Shown piece by piece: positions 18,597-27,398 of a DNA stretch of 64,000 bases. Under the pieces are notes generated by a model. That model was not told where the DNA came from. It did not search any database and saw only the letters and a list, made by a program, of their open reading frames with translations. Origin of the DNA: an uncultured Methanosarcinales archaeon (GTDB lineage Archaea; Nanobdellota; Nanobdellia; Woesearchaeales; GW2011-AR4); contig CAYTKI010000011.1 of assembly GCA_964438385.1 (NCBI GenBank), positions 48,739 to 112,738 of the forward strand, written 5' to 3'. Both the position numbers and the translations under genes were made by a program. Each line of letters opens with the position of its first letter. Positions within the stretch are counted from its first letter, which is position 1.

Positions 18597-19677
18597 GGAC
18601 CGAGACAAAAGCATGGAGAAGAATGGCAGCATGTGGAGAGGCAAAAAGGTTGAACTTGGGAAAAGTCCAAGAATGCTCCTCATCGCCCTCAATGGGATAG
18701 GAAATCTGCTGCTCGCAACCCCATTTCTTACAAATGGTAAGAAGATGTATCCGCGATCCGCTGTTTCTGTGCTCGCGCTTGGGGATGCCGTAAGTGTGCT
18801 TAAAGAAAGCCCTTATGTTGATGAAGTCATCATCTATCCGGAAAAGTCCTCATTTCTTGTGCGTATTGGATTTCTCTTATCGCTGAGGAAAAGGAAATTC
18901 GATGTCAGCTTCTATCCCTATCCCAATGTCAATGCCATGAGCGCGATCATCGCATTCATCATAGGGGCCAAAGTGAGGGTAAATTTCGAGTATAGGATGT
19001 TAGGCAGGTGGGCAGGCCTTTTCGACACTATCAGCATTCCTGTTGATTTGTCAAAGCACGATATCGGGAAAAACCTTGATCTTCTTGAGCCGTTCCATGC
19101 AAAAGTACTCTCGAGGGAGTTATTTATTCCAATCACAAAAGAAGACAAGAACGTTGTTGATGGGCTCTTGAAAGGAAAAATCAGGAAAGGCAATATCTTA
19201 ATCGGCATGCACGTTGGCTCAAAGGAGAGCATGCGCATCTGGCCAACAGGGAATTTCGCGAAACTCGCACAGCTCCTTTCTGTCCATAAAAACATCAAAA
19301 TCCTTCTTGTGGGAACTTCAATCGAAGAGGGGCTCATCAAGGGGTTGCAGGAATTTAATGGCAGAAATATCATCAGCCTCCTCAGCAAAGCAACGATTCC
19401 AGAGACTACGGAAGCCATCAGAAGGTGCGCGCTCTTTGTAACTACTGATTCCGGCCCTATGCACATGGCGGTTGCCGCGAAGACAAAAGTGATTGCAGTC
19501 TATCTCGGCCCAAACATCAGAAGGACTGCCCCATATGGAAAGAAGCATGTCGTATTCCTCACCAACAAGGCGACGATGGCAGAAGATGGGAACAAAAAAC
19601 ACCTCTATGTGGATAAGGTGACTCCTGAAATGCTCTATGAGCGCATCAAAAAAGAGCTGGGAAAAAGGTTAAAATAA
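18589..19677 (+). CDS. GT9-family glycosyltransferase (ADP-heptose:LPS heptosyltransferase-like)
   Basis: MLLIALNGIGNLLLATPFL, GMHVGSKESMRIWP, TTDSGPMHMAVA: GT9 (RfaF/RfaC/WaaQ-like) blocks. The true start is probably an internal Met. Confidence 0.7.
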   Translation: MHRDRDKSMEKNGSMWRGKKVELGKSPRMLLIALNGIGNLLLATPFLTNGKKMYPRSAVSVLALGDAVSVLKESPYVDEVIIYPEKSSFLVRIGFLLSLRKRKFDVSFYPYPNVNAMSAIIAFIIGAKVRVNFEYRMLGRWAGLFDTISIPVDLSKHDIGKNLDLLEPFHAKVLSRELFIPITKEDKNVVDGLLKGKIRKGNILIGMHVGSKESMRIWPTGNFAKLAQLLSVHKNIKILLVGTSIEEGLIKGLQEFNGRNIISLLSKATIPETTEAIRRCALFVTTDSGPMHMAVAAKTKVIAVYLGPNIRRTAPYGKKHVVFLTNKATMAEDGNKKHLYVDKVTPEMLYERIKKELGKRLK

Positions 19678-19693
19678 TGTAGTTTTGCGTTGT

Positions 19694-20851
19694 CTACGTT
19701 CTTTGTGCCCTTTCAAGCTCTTCTTTGGCCTGCACGAAAAGCTGCTGCGCGACAAGGGCATGCCCTTCTGCGTTCAGGTGACCGTCAATGGGCAGAAACA
19801 GCGGAGCGGAAGTATCTTTTTCCCTGAAAGCGGTGTAGACATCCACAAAAGTGATGTTGTTTTTTTTTGCGTAGTCGTATAGTTCGTCATTGGGCCGCGT
19901 CCTGCTCACTTTTCCTTCTCCAATCCGCTTCTTGTACATGGTCCATTCCGCATCGCGTATCTGGAAGCGCACCGGCAGGGCAAGGAGGATAAGCGAAATG
20001 TTGTGTTCAAGTGAGAGGGTGTGGATGGCAGAAAGCACTTTCTTGTTTTTCTCCCAATCCTTGGCGATCCCCAGGTTGTATTCAAGATCAAAGATCCGAT
20101 TTGAGGAGGACACATCAACCCATTGCGAGACGCGGGTCTTGGCAAAGACAAAAAGATGGGAATGGGTGAGTAGGCCCTCATAGAGCGAATTCACTATCCT
20201 GTTCTTGAGCAGGGGTAGTGTGCGCTTAGCGCTGCGCAGCCGGTGCTCTTCATCAACAGAATAGTAGGGTGAGGTAATTTTTTGCAGAAGTCCTTGCTCA
20301 TCACTCTCCCAAACATTGAGGGAAACATCAGTGACATCGTTATAGACAAAAAAACCGATAATGATGACATCTGGCTTGAATTTTTCCAAGGCATAATTCT
20401 TGAGATAGAGATAATAGCTGTCAAGTGAGTACCCATCGCTAAATCCGGTGTTGAACACCTGGTACGCGATTCCCTTGGAGTTGAGTATCCTCTCAAGTGA
20501 TTTAGCATAAGTTTCATTCATCTCAACCCCAAAGCCGTAGGTCATGGAATCACCCATCACAAGGACACGGGTCAAGTTGGAATGGATTGGGCGTTCATAG
20601 TCTCGAATCCCATAGGAATTGATCTCAACAGACACGTTGAAATCCCCATACACCCCGATATGGGTGTCTTTTGCCCCAGGCATGAGTGTCCAGGGAAGAT
20701 ACTCGCTCTTCTGGTAGATCTGAGGGGAGCTGTGCCTCGCAGTAGAGTAGGTTACCTGCGGCAAAAAGAGCCGAAGCGCGATCTCAAGTAGGAGAATCGA
20801 AACGAGGAGCGCTGCTGTGAGCGCAAGGATATTTTTGTGGAAGTTTCTCAT
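19694..20851 (-). CDS. Membrane-anchored SGNH/GDSL hydrolase (paralog 3)
   Basis: TM anchor, RVLVMGDSMTYGFGV, DGHLNAEGH. Confidence 0.7.
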   Translation of the reverse strand: MRNFHKNILALTAALLVSILLLEIALRLFLPQVTYSTARHSSPQIYQKSEYLPWTLMPGAKDTHIGVYGDFNVSVEINSYGIRDYERPIHSNLTRVLVMGDSMTYGFGVEMNETYAKSLERILNSKGIAYQVFNTGFSDGYSLDSYYLYLKNYALEKFKPDVIIIGFFVYNDVTDVSLNVWESDEQGLLQKITSPYYSVDEEHRLRSAKRTLPLLKNRIVNSLYEGLLTHSHLFVFAKTRVSQWVDVSSSNRIFDLEYNLGIAKDWEKNKKVLSAIHTLSLEHNISLILLALPVRFQIRDAEWTMYKKRIGEGKVSRTRPNDELYDYAKKNNITFVDVYTAFREKDTSAPLFLPIDGHLNAEGHALVAQQLFVQAKEELERAQRT

Positions 20852-20918
20852 GGAACTTTGCCCCTCAATGAATAAGGAACGCTGCTGTTGATATTGTGAG
20901 GTAAATTCAATTTCTTCC

Positions 20919-20938
20919 GTTTAAAAAGATTGTTGCGG
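20919..20938. promoter_or_regulatory. Recurrent promoter motif GTTTAAAAAGATTGTTGCGG in a divergent intergenic region
   Basis: 18/19 identical to 24337..24355. Both copies lie 63-86 nt upstream of minus-strand starts (SGNH 20851; MBOAT 24277). The reverse complement reads CAACAATC-TTTTTAAAC, a BRE/TATA-like arrangement. Confidence 0.5.
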
Positions 20939-21003
20939 AGTCCCATAAGAAAATTTAAATAAACCTCTAAATTTGGGAAAATAGATGGAAATTCGATAAA
21001 AAC

Positions 21004-21855
21004 GTGAATGCGATGAACCAAAATCTTGAGCAATTGAAGGATGTGTTATCTGCAGAAGTTGTCAGGATCTACGCGGAAGCCTTCGGAGAGCCCAAGCTGA
21101 AAAAAGCCCTTGCGTTCCTGAAAACCTATAACACGGAGTTCCTCTTGGGCCAAAGCAGGCTGAACCGAAGCAAGAATTATGAGAAAGGCAATGAGAAGGA
21201 TTTGCATGCGCTCTATTACACCGATGCGGAGTTTATGCAGTTCTACAATGACTCCCTCTTCCTCTCCTACGCCCATTGGAAGAACCATAATGCCATGCTA
21301 AGGTACTTCATCAAGATAGTCAGGAAAATCAAGCCGGAAACTGTCCTTGACGTTCCCTGCGGATCAGGTTTCTACACGCGCTACCTGAGAAAATCCTCCC
21401 GCTCATTCCCGCACATAACCTGCGTCGATGCGAGCGAGCATTCGCTGCAGTTCGCAAAAAAAATAAACAGGGATTCGCAAAATGTTTTCTATCTCAGGGA
21501 GGATTTCAGGAATATCGGAGGAAAATACGATTTCATCATCTGTGGAGAGCTCCTCGAGCACCTTGAAAAGCCAAAAGAATTGCTCGCATTCCTCCGCAAG
21601 CGCGTCAAGGAAGATGGAAAGGTCTTTTTGACCACGGCTCTTTTTTGTTATGCCCATGATCATATCTATATGTTCAGGAGCGCAAGGGATGTGAGGAGAT
21701 TGCTGAAAAAATACTTCTTCATAGAGAATGAATTGGTCCTGCCTGTCTTTGACAGCCAGAAGCTGGGGCATAATGTCCCCACAAACTATGCCTGCCTTCT
21801 GAGGCCGATAAAGACGGGCGGCAGGCAGAATAATGGGGAAGATGCTTCCTTCTAG
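21004..21855 (+). CDS. Class I SAM-dependent methyltransferase
   Basis: VLDVPCGSGFYTRYL (motif I), DFIICGELLEHL (motif II/III). GTG start in the track. Confidence 0.7.
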   Translation: MNAMNQNLEQLKDVLSAEVVRIYAEAFGEPKLKKALAFLKTYNTEFLLGQSRLNRSKNYEKGNEKDLHALYYTDAEFMQFYNDSLFLSYAHWKNHNAMLRYFIKIVRKIKPETVLDVPCGSGFYTRYLRKSSRSFPHITCVDASEHSLQFAKKINRDSQNVFYLREDFRNIGGKYDFIICGELLEHLEKPKELLAFLRKRVKEDGKVFLTTALFCYAHDHIYMFRSARDVRRLLKKYFFIENELVLPVFDSQKLGHNVPTNYACLLRPIKTGGRQNNGEDASF

Positions 21856-22829
21856 CCGGATCCTGATGCATTCCTCCGGATAATCGCGATATCTGCCGCG
21901 AGCTGCCTGGAAAATTGGGCGCTGCCCTCATCGTTGAGGTGCACGCTGTCTGCGAATAAGAAATGGTTTGTATAGTTCCAGCGTTGATAGTCCAGAAGAT
22001 AGGTATTGGAGACATTGCCGTAATAATCACCGAGAATCCCGTAAAATCCCTTTGTATCGGGAATATACCCTGAAGCGATTGAGAGATAGGTGTCTGTAAC
22101 GGGAAATTTCACCAGGATGACGGTGATGTTTCTCTTTTGCGCAAGGGCAAGCGTTTTTTGGAAGTAGTGGATCATTCCTGGGTGCAGGATGGACGCGTTC
22201 CTGAAGTGGTATGCTGCGCGCTGCGAGGCGATGCCATCCTTATCTGCGGCCATGCTAAAGCGGTCATGCATCGGCAGGTGGCCAAGCGCCATTTCCCGCG
22301 AACCTCCCTCAAAGAGAGAAGCCACGAGCTTTTCTCCCCCTCCGATTATTGGGAACGCCGATTTGATGTACTCCTTGAAGGGGTATACCTCATCAAAATG
22401 ATACCACAACTCTTCATAATCAATGAACTTGTGCCAATACCACACATCCTGTACTCTCGAAGCCCTATAGGAAGAAAAGGAGTGGAGATTAAGCGGCAGG
22501 ACGATCACCTCAGGCTCAAAGCCGGAGTCGTTAAGAAGAAAGCGGAGCTTATAGTATGTCTGCATGTAGGTTTCCCCCGCCAAGCCGTAGTTAAAGGATC
22601 CTGGGATAAACGCCGGATTCACGTCTGCCTGCGTTGATGAATCCCCGAGGAACAGAATCTTCACATCAGGCTTGCTCTTGGAGAACTGCTCATCTTGGAT
22701 CCAAAGCCCGGTTCTCTTCAGCACGTATTCTGCATACAGGGCATTAAGAAGGAGAAAAAGAACAAGAAAGAGGAGCGCAAAGGCGCCTGCATATCCCAAT
22801 GATTTGTACATTTCCTTTTCCATGGTCAA
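21852..22829 (-). CDS. SGNH-like O-acyltransferase partner protein (DltD/AlgJ-like), paralog 4
   Basis: TM anchor, ILFLGDSS block I, adjacent to and co-oriented with the MBOAT gene (4-nt overlap). Confidence 0.6.
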   Translation of the reverse strand: MTMEKEMYKSLGYAGAFALLFLVLFLLLNALYAEYVLKRTGLWIQDEQFSKSKPDVKILFLGDSSTQADVNPAFIPGSFNYGLAGETYMQTYYKLRFLLNDSGFEPEVIVLPLNLHSFSSYRASRVQDVWYWHKFIDYEELWYHFDEVYPFKEYIKSAFPIIGGGEKLVASLFEGGSREMALGHLPMHDRFSMAADKDGIASQRAAYHFRNASILHPGMIHYFQKTLALAQKRNITVILVKFPVTDTYLSIASGYIPDTKGFYGILGDYYGNVSNTYLLDYQRWNYTNHFLFADSVHLNDEGSAQFSRQLAADIAIIRRNASGSG

Positions 22830-24277
22830 AACTGGAAATAAATGAAGGGTGTTTTTTCAAATACGCCAAAGAGCAAAATGAAGAGTATGGCAAGGGCAGA
22901 GACGCTCCATTTCACCACAAGAGATCCTTTGGAAAGAGAATCCTCATGGAGCATGTCTTTCTCCTCAAGCCATTCCCAGAACAGGAGCAGTGTGATGGTG
23001 CCGAAGGAGATGGCAAGGCCATACCAGCTCAGGCCGATAAATGTTCCCCCGACAGAGAGGCTCCAGCCGCTGAGAAGATGAGTGAATATGTAGTAGGCAT
23101 CTCCCAGGGAGTTCGAGCGGAAGAGGATGTTGGAAAGGGAGAACAAAAGGAAGGTGGCAATCACTTTCAGAAGCTGTGGCATGGTATCCCACTGCTTTCT
23201 TGCAAAATAGTAGAGGAAAATCAGCAATGCCATGCACCATCCATAGATGATAAAATTCCAGCTCGCGCCGTGCCACAGGCCAAGAAGCGGCCAGCCGATG
23301 AACAGGCAGAGTGTAAAGGCGAGTGTGTGGAGTATTTTCGCATCCTGCACGAATTCCCTAGATGTTTCCTTAAGCAAAAGATAGAGCGGGATGAAAACAT
23401 AATCCTGGAACCATTTAGTGAGGGAAATATGCCAGCGGTTCCAAAGCTCAGCGATGGACTGCGCAAAAAATGGTCTTCGGAAATTCTGAACTAGGCTATA
23501 GCCCATAATCCCTGCAGTCCCACGTGCGATGTCAGAATACCCGGAGAAATCGCAGTAGATCTGAATCGTGAAGGCAAAAGCCGCCAGAAGCAGCTCCATG
23601 CCATTGTAAGACGAGGGAGAACTGAAGACAGTGACGGTGAGCAGGGAGAGGCGATCCGCGATAACAACTTTCTTGAAAAAACCAAGGGCGATGAGCTGTA
23701 GGCTGCCAAAAATGCGGGAGTTGTCCCATTTCTTTTCCTCATAGAATTGCGGAAGTAGATGTCCAGCGCGCTCGATTGGCCCCGCGACAAGCTGTGGGAA
23801 GAACGCATGGTAGACTGCGTAAATTCCAAAGTGTCTTTCCGCAGTGATTTTTTTACGGTAGACATCGATATTGTAGCTCACGGCCTGGAAAGTGTAAAAT
23901 GAGATGCCGACAGGCAGGATGAGATTGAGGGCAAGGGGAGAGAACTGGATGCCGATGTGGGAGAAGAGTTCCCTGAGCGATTCGCCAAAGAAATTCGCGT
24001 ACTTGAAGGCAAAGAGCATGCCGAAGTTGCCAAATAGCCCAAACAGAAGCAATGTTTTGCGGGTGCGTGGATTTTCCGACTTCTCCATGAAGAGCGAGCA
24101 GAAGTAGCCAATGAGTGTGGAGAGGAAAAGAAGGATGCCATACTCAAGCTTCACGCTCATGTAGAAGTAATAGCTCGCGATGAGGAGCAGCATCCAGCGG
24201 AAGCGGTGGGGAATAGTGAAATGCAGTAGCACCACAATGGTAAAGAACACTAAAAATTCAAGGGAGTTGAAGAGCAT
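22826..24277 (-). CDS. MBOAT-family membrane O-acyltransferase (AlgI/DltB-like)
   Basis: 483 aa polytopic. FYTFQAVSYNIDVYRKK, QLVAGPIER, and a conserved His region, typical of AlgI/DltB. Confidence 0.85.
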   Translation of the reverse strand: MLFNSLEFLVFFTIVVLLHFTIPHRFRWMLLLIASYYFYMSVKLEYGILLFLSTLIGYFCSLFMEKSENPRTRKTLLLFGLFGNFGMLFAFKYANFFGESLRELFSHIGIQFSPLALNLILPVGISFYTFQAVSYNIDVYRKKITAERHFGIYAVYHAFFPQLVAGPIERAGHLLPQFYEEKKWDNSRIFGSLQLIALGFFKKVVIADRLSLLTVTVFSSPSSYNGMELLLAAFAFTIQIYCDFSGYSDIARGTAGIMGYSLVQNFRRPFFAQSIAELWNRWHISLTKWFQDYVFIPLYLLLKETSREFVQDAKILHTLAFTLCLFIGWPLLGLWHGASWNFIIYGWCMALLIFLYYFARKQWDTMPQLLKVIATFLLFSLSNILFRSNSLGDAYYIFTHLLSGWSLSVGGTFIGLSWYGLAISFGTITLLLFWEWLEEKDMLHEDSLSKGSLVVKWSVSALAILFILLFGVFEKTPFIYFQF

Positions 24278-24336
24278 CGTGGTCGTGATAAGTGTAGTTT
24301 TTTGGTGTTTTCTATACGGAGAGCTCGCCTTCTATT

Positions 24337-24355
24337 GTTTAAAAAGATTGCTGCG
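24337..24355. promoter_or_regulatory. Second copy of the recurrent motif GTTTAAAAAGATTGCTGCG
   Basis: See 20919..20938. A TATAAATA box on the opposite side (24400-24409) lies ~25 nt before the ATG at 24433. Confidence 0.5.
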
Positions 24356-24417
24356 TTTAGTCGCAGGGAAAAAAAGTATGGAAGGTGTGGTTAAGGGAAA
24401 CCTATAAATACTGAAAT

Positions 24418-26061
24418 TTGCGCAAGTTTGGCATGGCTTCCAACTGGCTCGGGCTCCGCAGGGAATACGAAAAGGTGCTGCTCTTTGGCATCTTCGCGGT
24501 GTTTCTCATCCTGCGGCTCTTTTCCCTAACGCCTTATTTTTTCATCCAGGGGGGCGATGATGCAAGGTATCTTGCGCTCGCGCAGAGCTTTCCCTCTCAT
24601 CTTCTGGATAACAACCAATTCTACATCACACACCCGCCTCTCTTCTCCTGGATAGTTGCAGTATTCTCTTTTGTCTTTGAGGATTACATCGCAGGCATCC
24701 TGGTTTCCCTCCTATCTTCAATCGCCTCCTTTTTTCTTATATACGCGATTTTTAAAAAAGTCGCCTCCAGCGTTTATGTCGCGCTCACTGTTGTACTCCT
24801 CTATTCGATTTCCCCTTTCTTTATCAGCATTGCAACCCTAGTCTCCAAGGAGTCGCTTGCCCTGATGCTGTTTTTGCTGACAATCCATTATTTCATCTCA
24901 TTTGTTGAGGAGAGAAGCGCAAAGGCAGGTCTCATCGCGAGCGTCTTTGGCGCATTGCATGCAATGACAACCGATCATACCTTGCTTCTCATCCCAGCGC
25001 TCGTGCTCACTGCGTTCTTTTTTTCAAGAAAAAAAGTGTCATGGGGCGTTTTGATCCCAATTTTCGTTACGGTAGTTTTCTATCTTATCTGGATTGGGAT
25101 TCGGGTGTATGTCTACACCCATTATGAGTATTATCCTGCCGCCATGGACGGAACCCCTGTTTCAACCGAAGGGTGGGGTGTGAGGGAGCTTCTCAGCCCG
25201 CATTATTTTGATGAGAAGTACGTGCCATTTGGCATTGTCTTTGAGCTAACGCATTATCTCTATCCGATTTTCTATATGCTTAACGTCCAGTTTTTTCCCT
25301 GGCCGCATTCTCTCACCTTTCAAACCATCGGTACCCTCTTTTCCCTCAAGCTCCTCCCTCAGCTATTAATCTATGCCGGATTGGTTGGGACGGCAATCAT
25401 CGGCATTGTGGCCATTTTCAATGATGCGGTGAAATCAGGATTTAAGCGGAATGCGCTGCTCTGGATGCTTGTCATGTTCGCAATCTTCTTTGCGCCTGCC
25501 GCGCAGATACTGACCTCGACTAGGTATGTGCAGATTGCAAATATCTTCCTCTATGGGATTATCGGGCTTGGCATCGTCTCTTTCTTCAGGGCAGTCAAGC
25601 AGGAAAAGCGTCTGCGGCTCCACTTTGCTGCGGCGGTTGGGATGTGCCTCATCCTGCTCATCCCCTATGTCATCCACAATCATTACTTTATGCTCACCAA
25701 GGAAAAGATTGTGGAGCTACGGAAGACCGCTCCCTTCATCCAGGGGCTTCCAAAAGATGGCATCATGGCGCAGTTTGGCTACTCTCCTGAGCTCAACTAC
25801 CTCACAACAAAGAGAGTGATGACTCTTCCCGAGAGTGTGGAGGATCTTTCACCCATCGATCTCTTCAATATCAGCTATGTGTTGTATGGCGAGTATTACC
25901 TTGATACGTTTGAGACAGGAAAAATGTTCAACTATGACATCATTGACTACATCAGGAAGCACCCGGAGCGTTTCAAGCTCCTGGCAGTGGTTGAGGAGCG
26001 CTATGAGCCAAGAGAGCGGCCGGATCATATCTATATCTATGAAGTTGTTAGGAAGGACTAA
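24418..26061 (+). CDS. Polytopic GT-C-fold glycosyltransferase (PMT/ArnT-like)
   Basis: 547 aa, ~12 TM helices, acidic DD motif in the first loop (IQGGDDARYLALAQ). A likely ATG start is at 24433; the track uses an upstream TTG. Confidence 0.5.
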   Translation: MRKFGMASNWLGLRREYEKVLLFGIFAVFLILRLFSLTPYFFIQGGDDARYLALAQSFPSHLLDNNQFYITHPPLFSWIVAVFSFVFEDYIAGILVSLLSSIASFFLIYAIFKKVASSVYVALTVVLLYSISPFFISIATLVSKESLALMLFLLTIHYFISFVEERSAKAGLIASVFGALHAMTTDHTLLLIPALVLTAFFFSRKKVSWGVLIPIFVTVVFYLIWIGIRVYVYTHYEYYPAAMDGTPVSTEGWGVRELLSPHYFDEKYVPFGIVFELTHYLYPIFYMLNVQFFPWPHSLTFQTIGTLFSLKLLPQLLIYAGLVGTAIIGIVAIFNDAVKSGFKRNALLWMLVMFAIFFAPAAQILTSTRYVQIANIFLYGIIGLGIVSFFRAVKQEKRLRLHFAAAVGMCLILLIPYVIHNHYFMLTKEKIVELRKTAPFIQGLPKDGIMAQFGYSPELNYLTTKRVMTLPESVEDLSPIDLFNISYVLYGEYYLDTFETGKMFNYDIIDYIRKHPERFKLLAVVEERYEPRERPDHIYIYEVVRKD

Positions 26062-26103
26062 GGTTTGTTTTTCTTTACCCTTCCATTGGATAAAATAAGA
26101 ATG

Positions 26104-26796
26104 CTAATGGTTTTTCTTGTGATTTGCGCTTTTGGTGCACACAAACACAAACTGTATCGCAAAGAGCCGCTTCCAAATCATTGTGGAAAGGTAATTCAGA
26201 TGATGGGCAAAGGAGAGTATTCTTCCTTGGGCGAATAGATGGCTTAGTTTTGGCAAAGGAAGGGGAGTTGCCTGCTCTTTTGTTATGGATAGGCCAGCGC
26301 CCAGCAGCAATTGCCTCATGGTCTTCAGGGTATAGAAATGAAGGTGCGTGCAATCAAACACCCCTCGCTCATCATAATCAAAATTGCCGAAAAGCACTCG
26401 CAGGCGCGCATAGAGATGGCCGACATTGGGAAGCGAGATGATGGCAATGCCATCTTTCTTGAGAAACGACGCAAACTTTTTTAGGGCAGCATGGGGGTTC
26501 TTTAGGTGTTCAAGCACATCGCCGATGATGATGGCATCAAATGATCCTTTTGGATAATTTGGTATTTTTGAATCCAGGTCAGCAACCTTGACATCCTTGT
26601 AATGGGCGTGCGCTCGTTTTGCGGAATCTGGGTCATACTCAATGCCATAGAAAGTATGCATGGGAAGGTTCATGCCGATATAGCCATCGTTGCATCCCAC
26701 ATCAAGCACTTTCATGCCAGCAGGCATTCCCGAAAGGGTGGAGATAATCCTCATGTGGCTGCTATACTTATCCGGCTTGAATTCATAGGATGCCAT
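26104..26796 (-). CDS. Class I SAM-dependent methyltransferase
   Basis: KVLDVGCNDGYIG (motif I), DAIIIGDVLEHL. Confidence 0.75.
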   Translation of the reverse strand: MASYEFKPDKYSSHMRIISTLSGMPAGMKVLDVGCNDGYIGMNLPMHTFYGIEYDPDSAKRAHAHYKDVKVADLDSKIPNYPKGSFDAIIIGDVLEHLKNPHAALKKFASFLKKDGIAIISLPNVGHLYARLRVLFGNFDYDERGVFDCTHLHFYTLKTMRQLLLGAGLSITKEQATPLPLPKLSHLFAQGRILSFAHHLNYLSTMIWKRLFAIQFVFVCTKSANHKKNH

Positions 26797-26888
26797 GGGA
26801 ACTGGGGGGGGGATGGTGTTTTAAATGTTTCTTGCGGTGGGAGAGAAAAAAGAAAGTGGATAATAAAGGGAGATTTTAGAGGTTCCCC

Positions 26889-27398
26889 ATGCACAATATT
26901 TTTAAAGCCAAAGGCGATGCCAACAAGAGGGGTGCAGGCATGATTGATGGAGTGAAGATAAAGCATCTGAAGGTCATAAAAGATAACCGCGGCTTTCTCA
27001 TGGAGATGCTGCGCTGCGACGATAGTATTTTCCAGAAATTCGGCCAGGTTTATCTCTCTGTCTGCAATCCAAAAGTAGTCAAGGGATGGCATTACCACAA
27101 GAATCAGGTTGACAATTTTGTCATCGTCAAGGGCAATGCGAAAATTGTGCTTTATGATGATAGGAAGGATTCCCAAACCTATGGCGAAGTGCAGGAAGTC
27201 TTCATGGGCGAGAAGAATCCCATACTGCTCCAGATCCCAACATATGTGGTTCATGGCATGACTCCTGCAGATGACAACCCCATCTATCTTGTCAATAGTC
27301 CAACGCTTCCCTATGACTACAAGCAGCCCGATGAGCACCGCATCCCCTTCAAAAGTAAGGACATCCCCTATGACTGGGGCCTTGAGGAAGGCGGCTGA
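26889..27398 (+). CDS. rmlC: dTDP-4-dehydrorhamnose 3,5-epimerase-like cupin
   Basis: DNRGFLMEM and KGWHYHK match the RmlC DERGFF/RGLHYQ blocks. First gene of the rml operon. Confidence 0.7.
   Translation: MHNIFKAKGDANKRGAGMIDGVKIKHLKVIKDNRGFLMEMLRCDDSIFQKFGQVYLSVCNPKVVKGWHYHKNQVDNFVIVKGNAKIVLYDDRKDSQTYGEVQEVFMGEKNPILLQIPTYVVHGMTPADDNPIYLVNSPTLPYDYKQPDEHRIPFKSKDIPYDWGLEEGG

Noticed and set aside
19857-19867. T9 and other long A/T homopolymers inside coding regions (e.g. 19859-19867, 40501-40510)
   Set aside because: They encode in-frame Lys runs in intact ORFs. With no frame disruption they are not evidence of phase variation.
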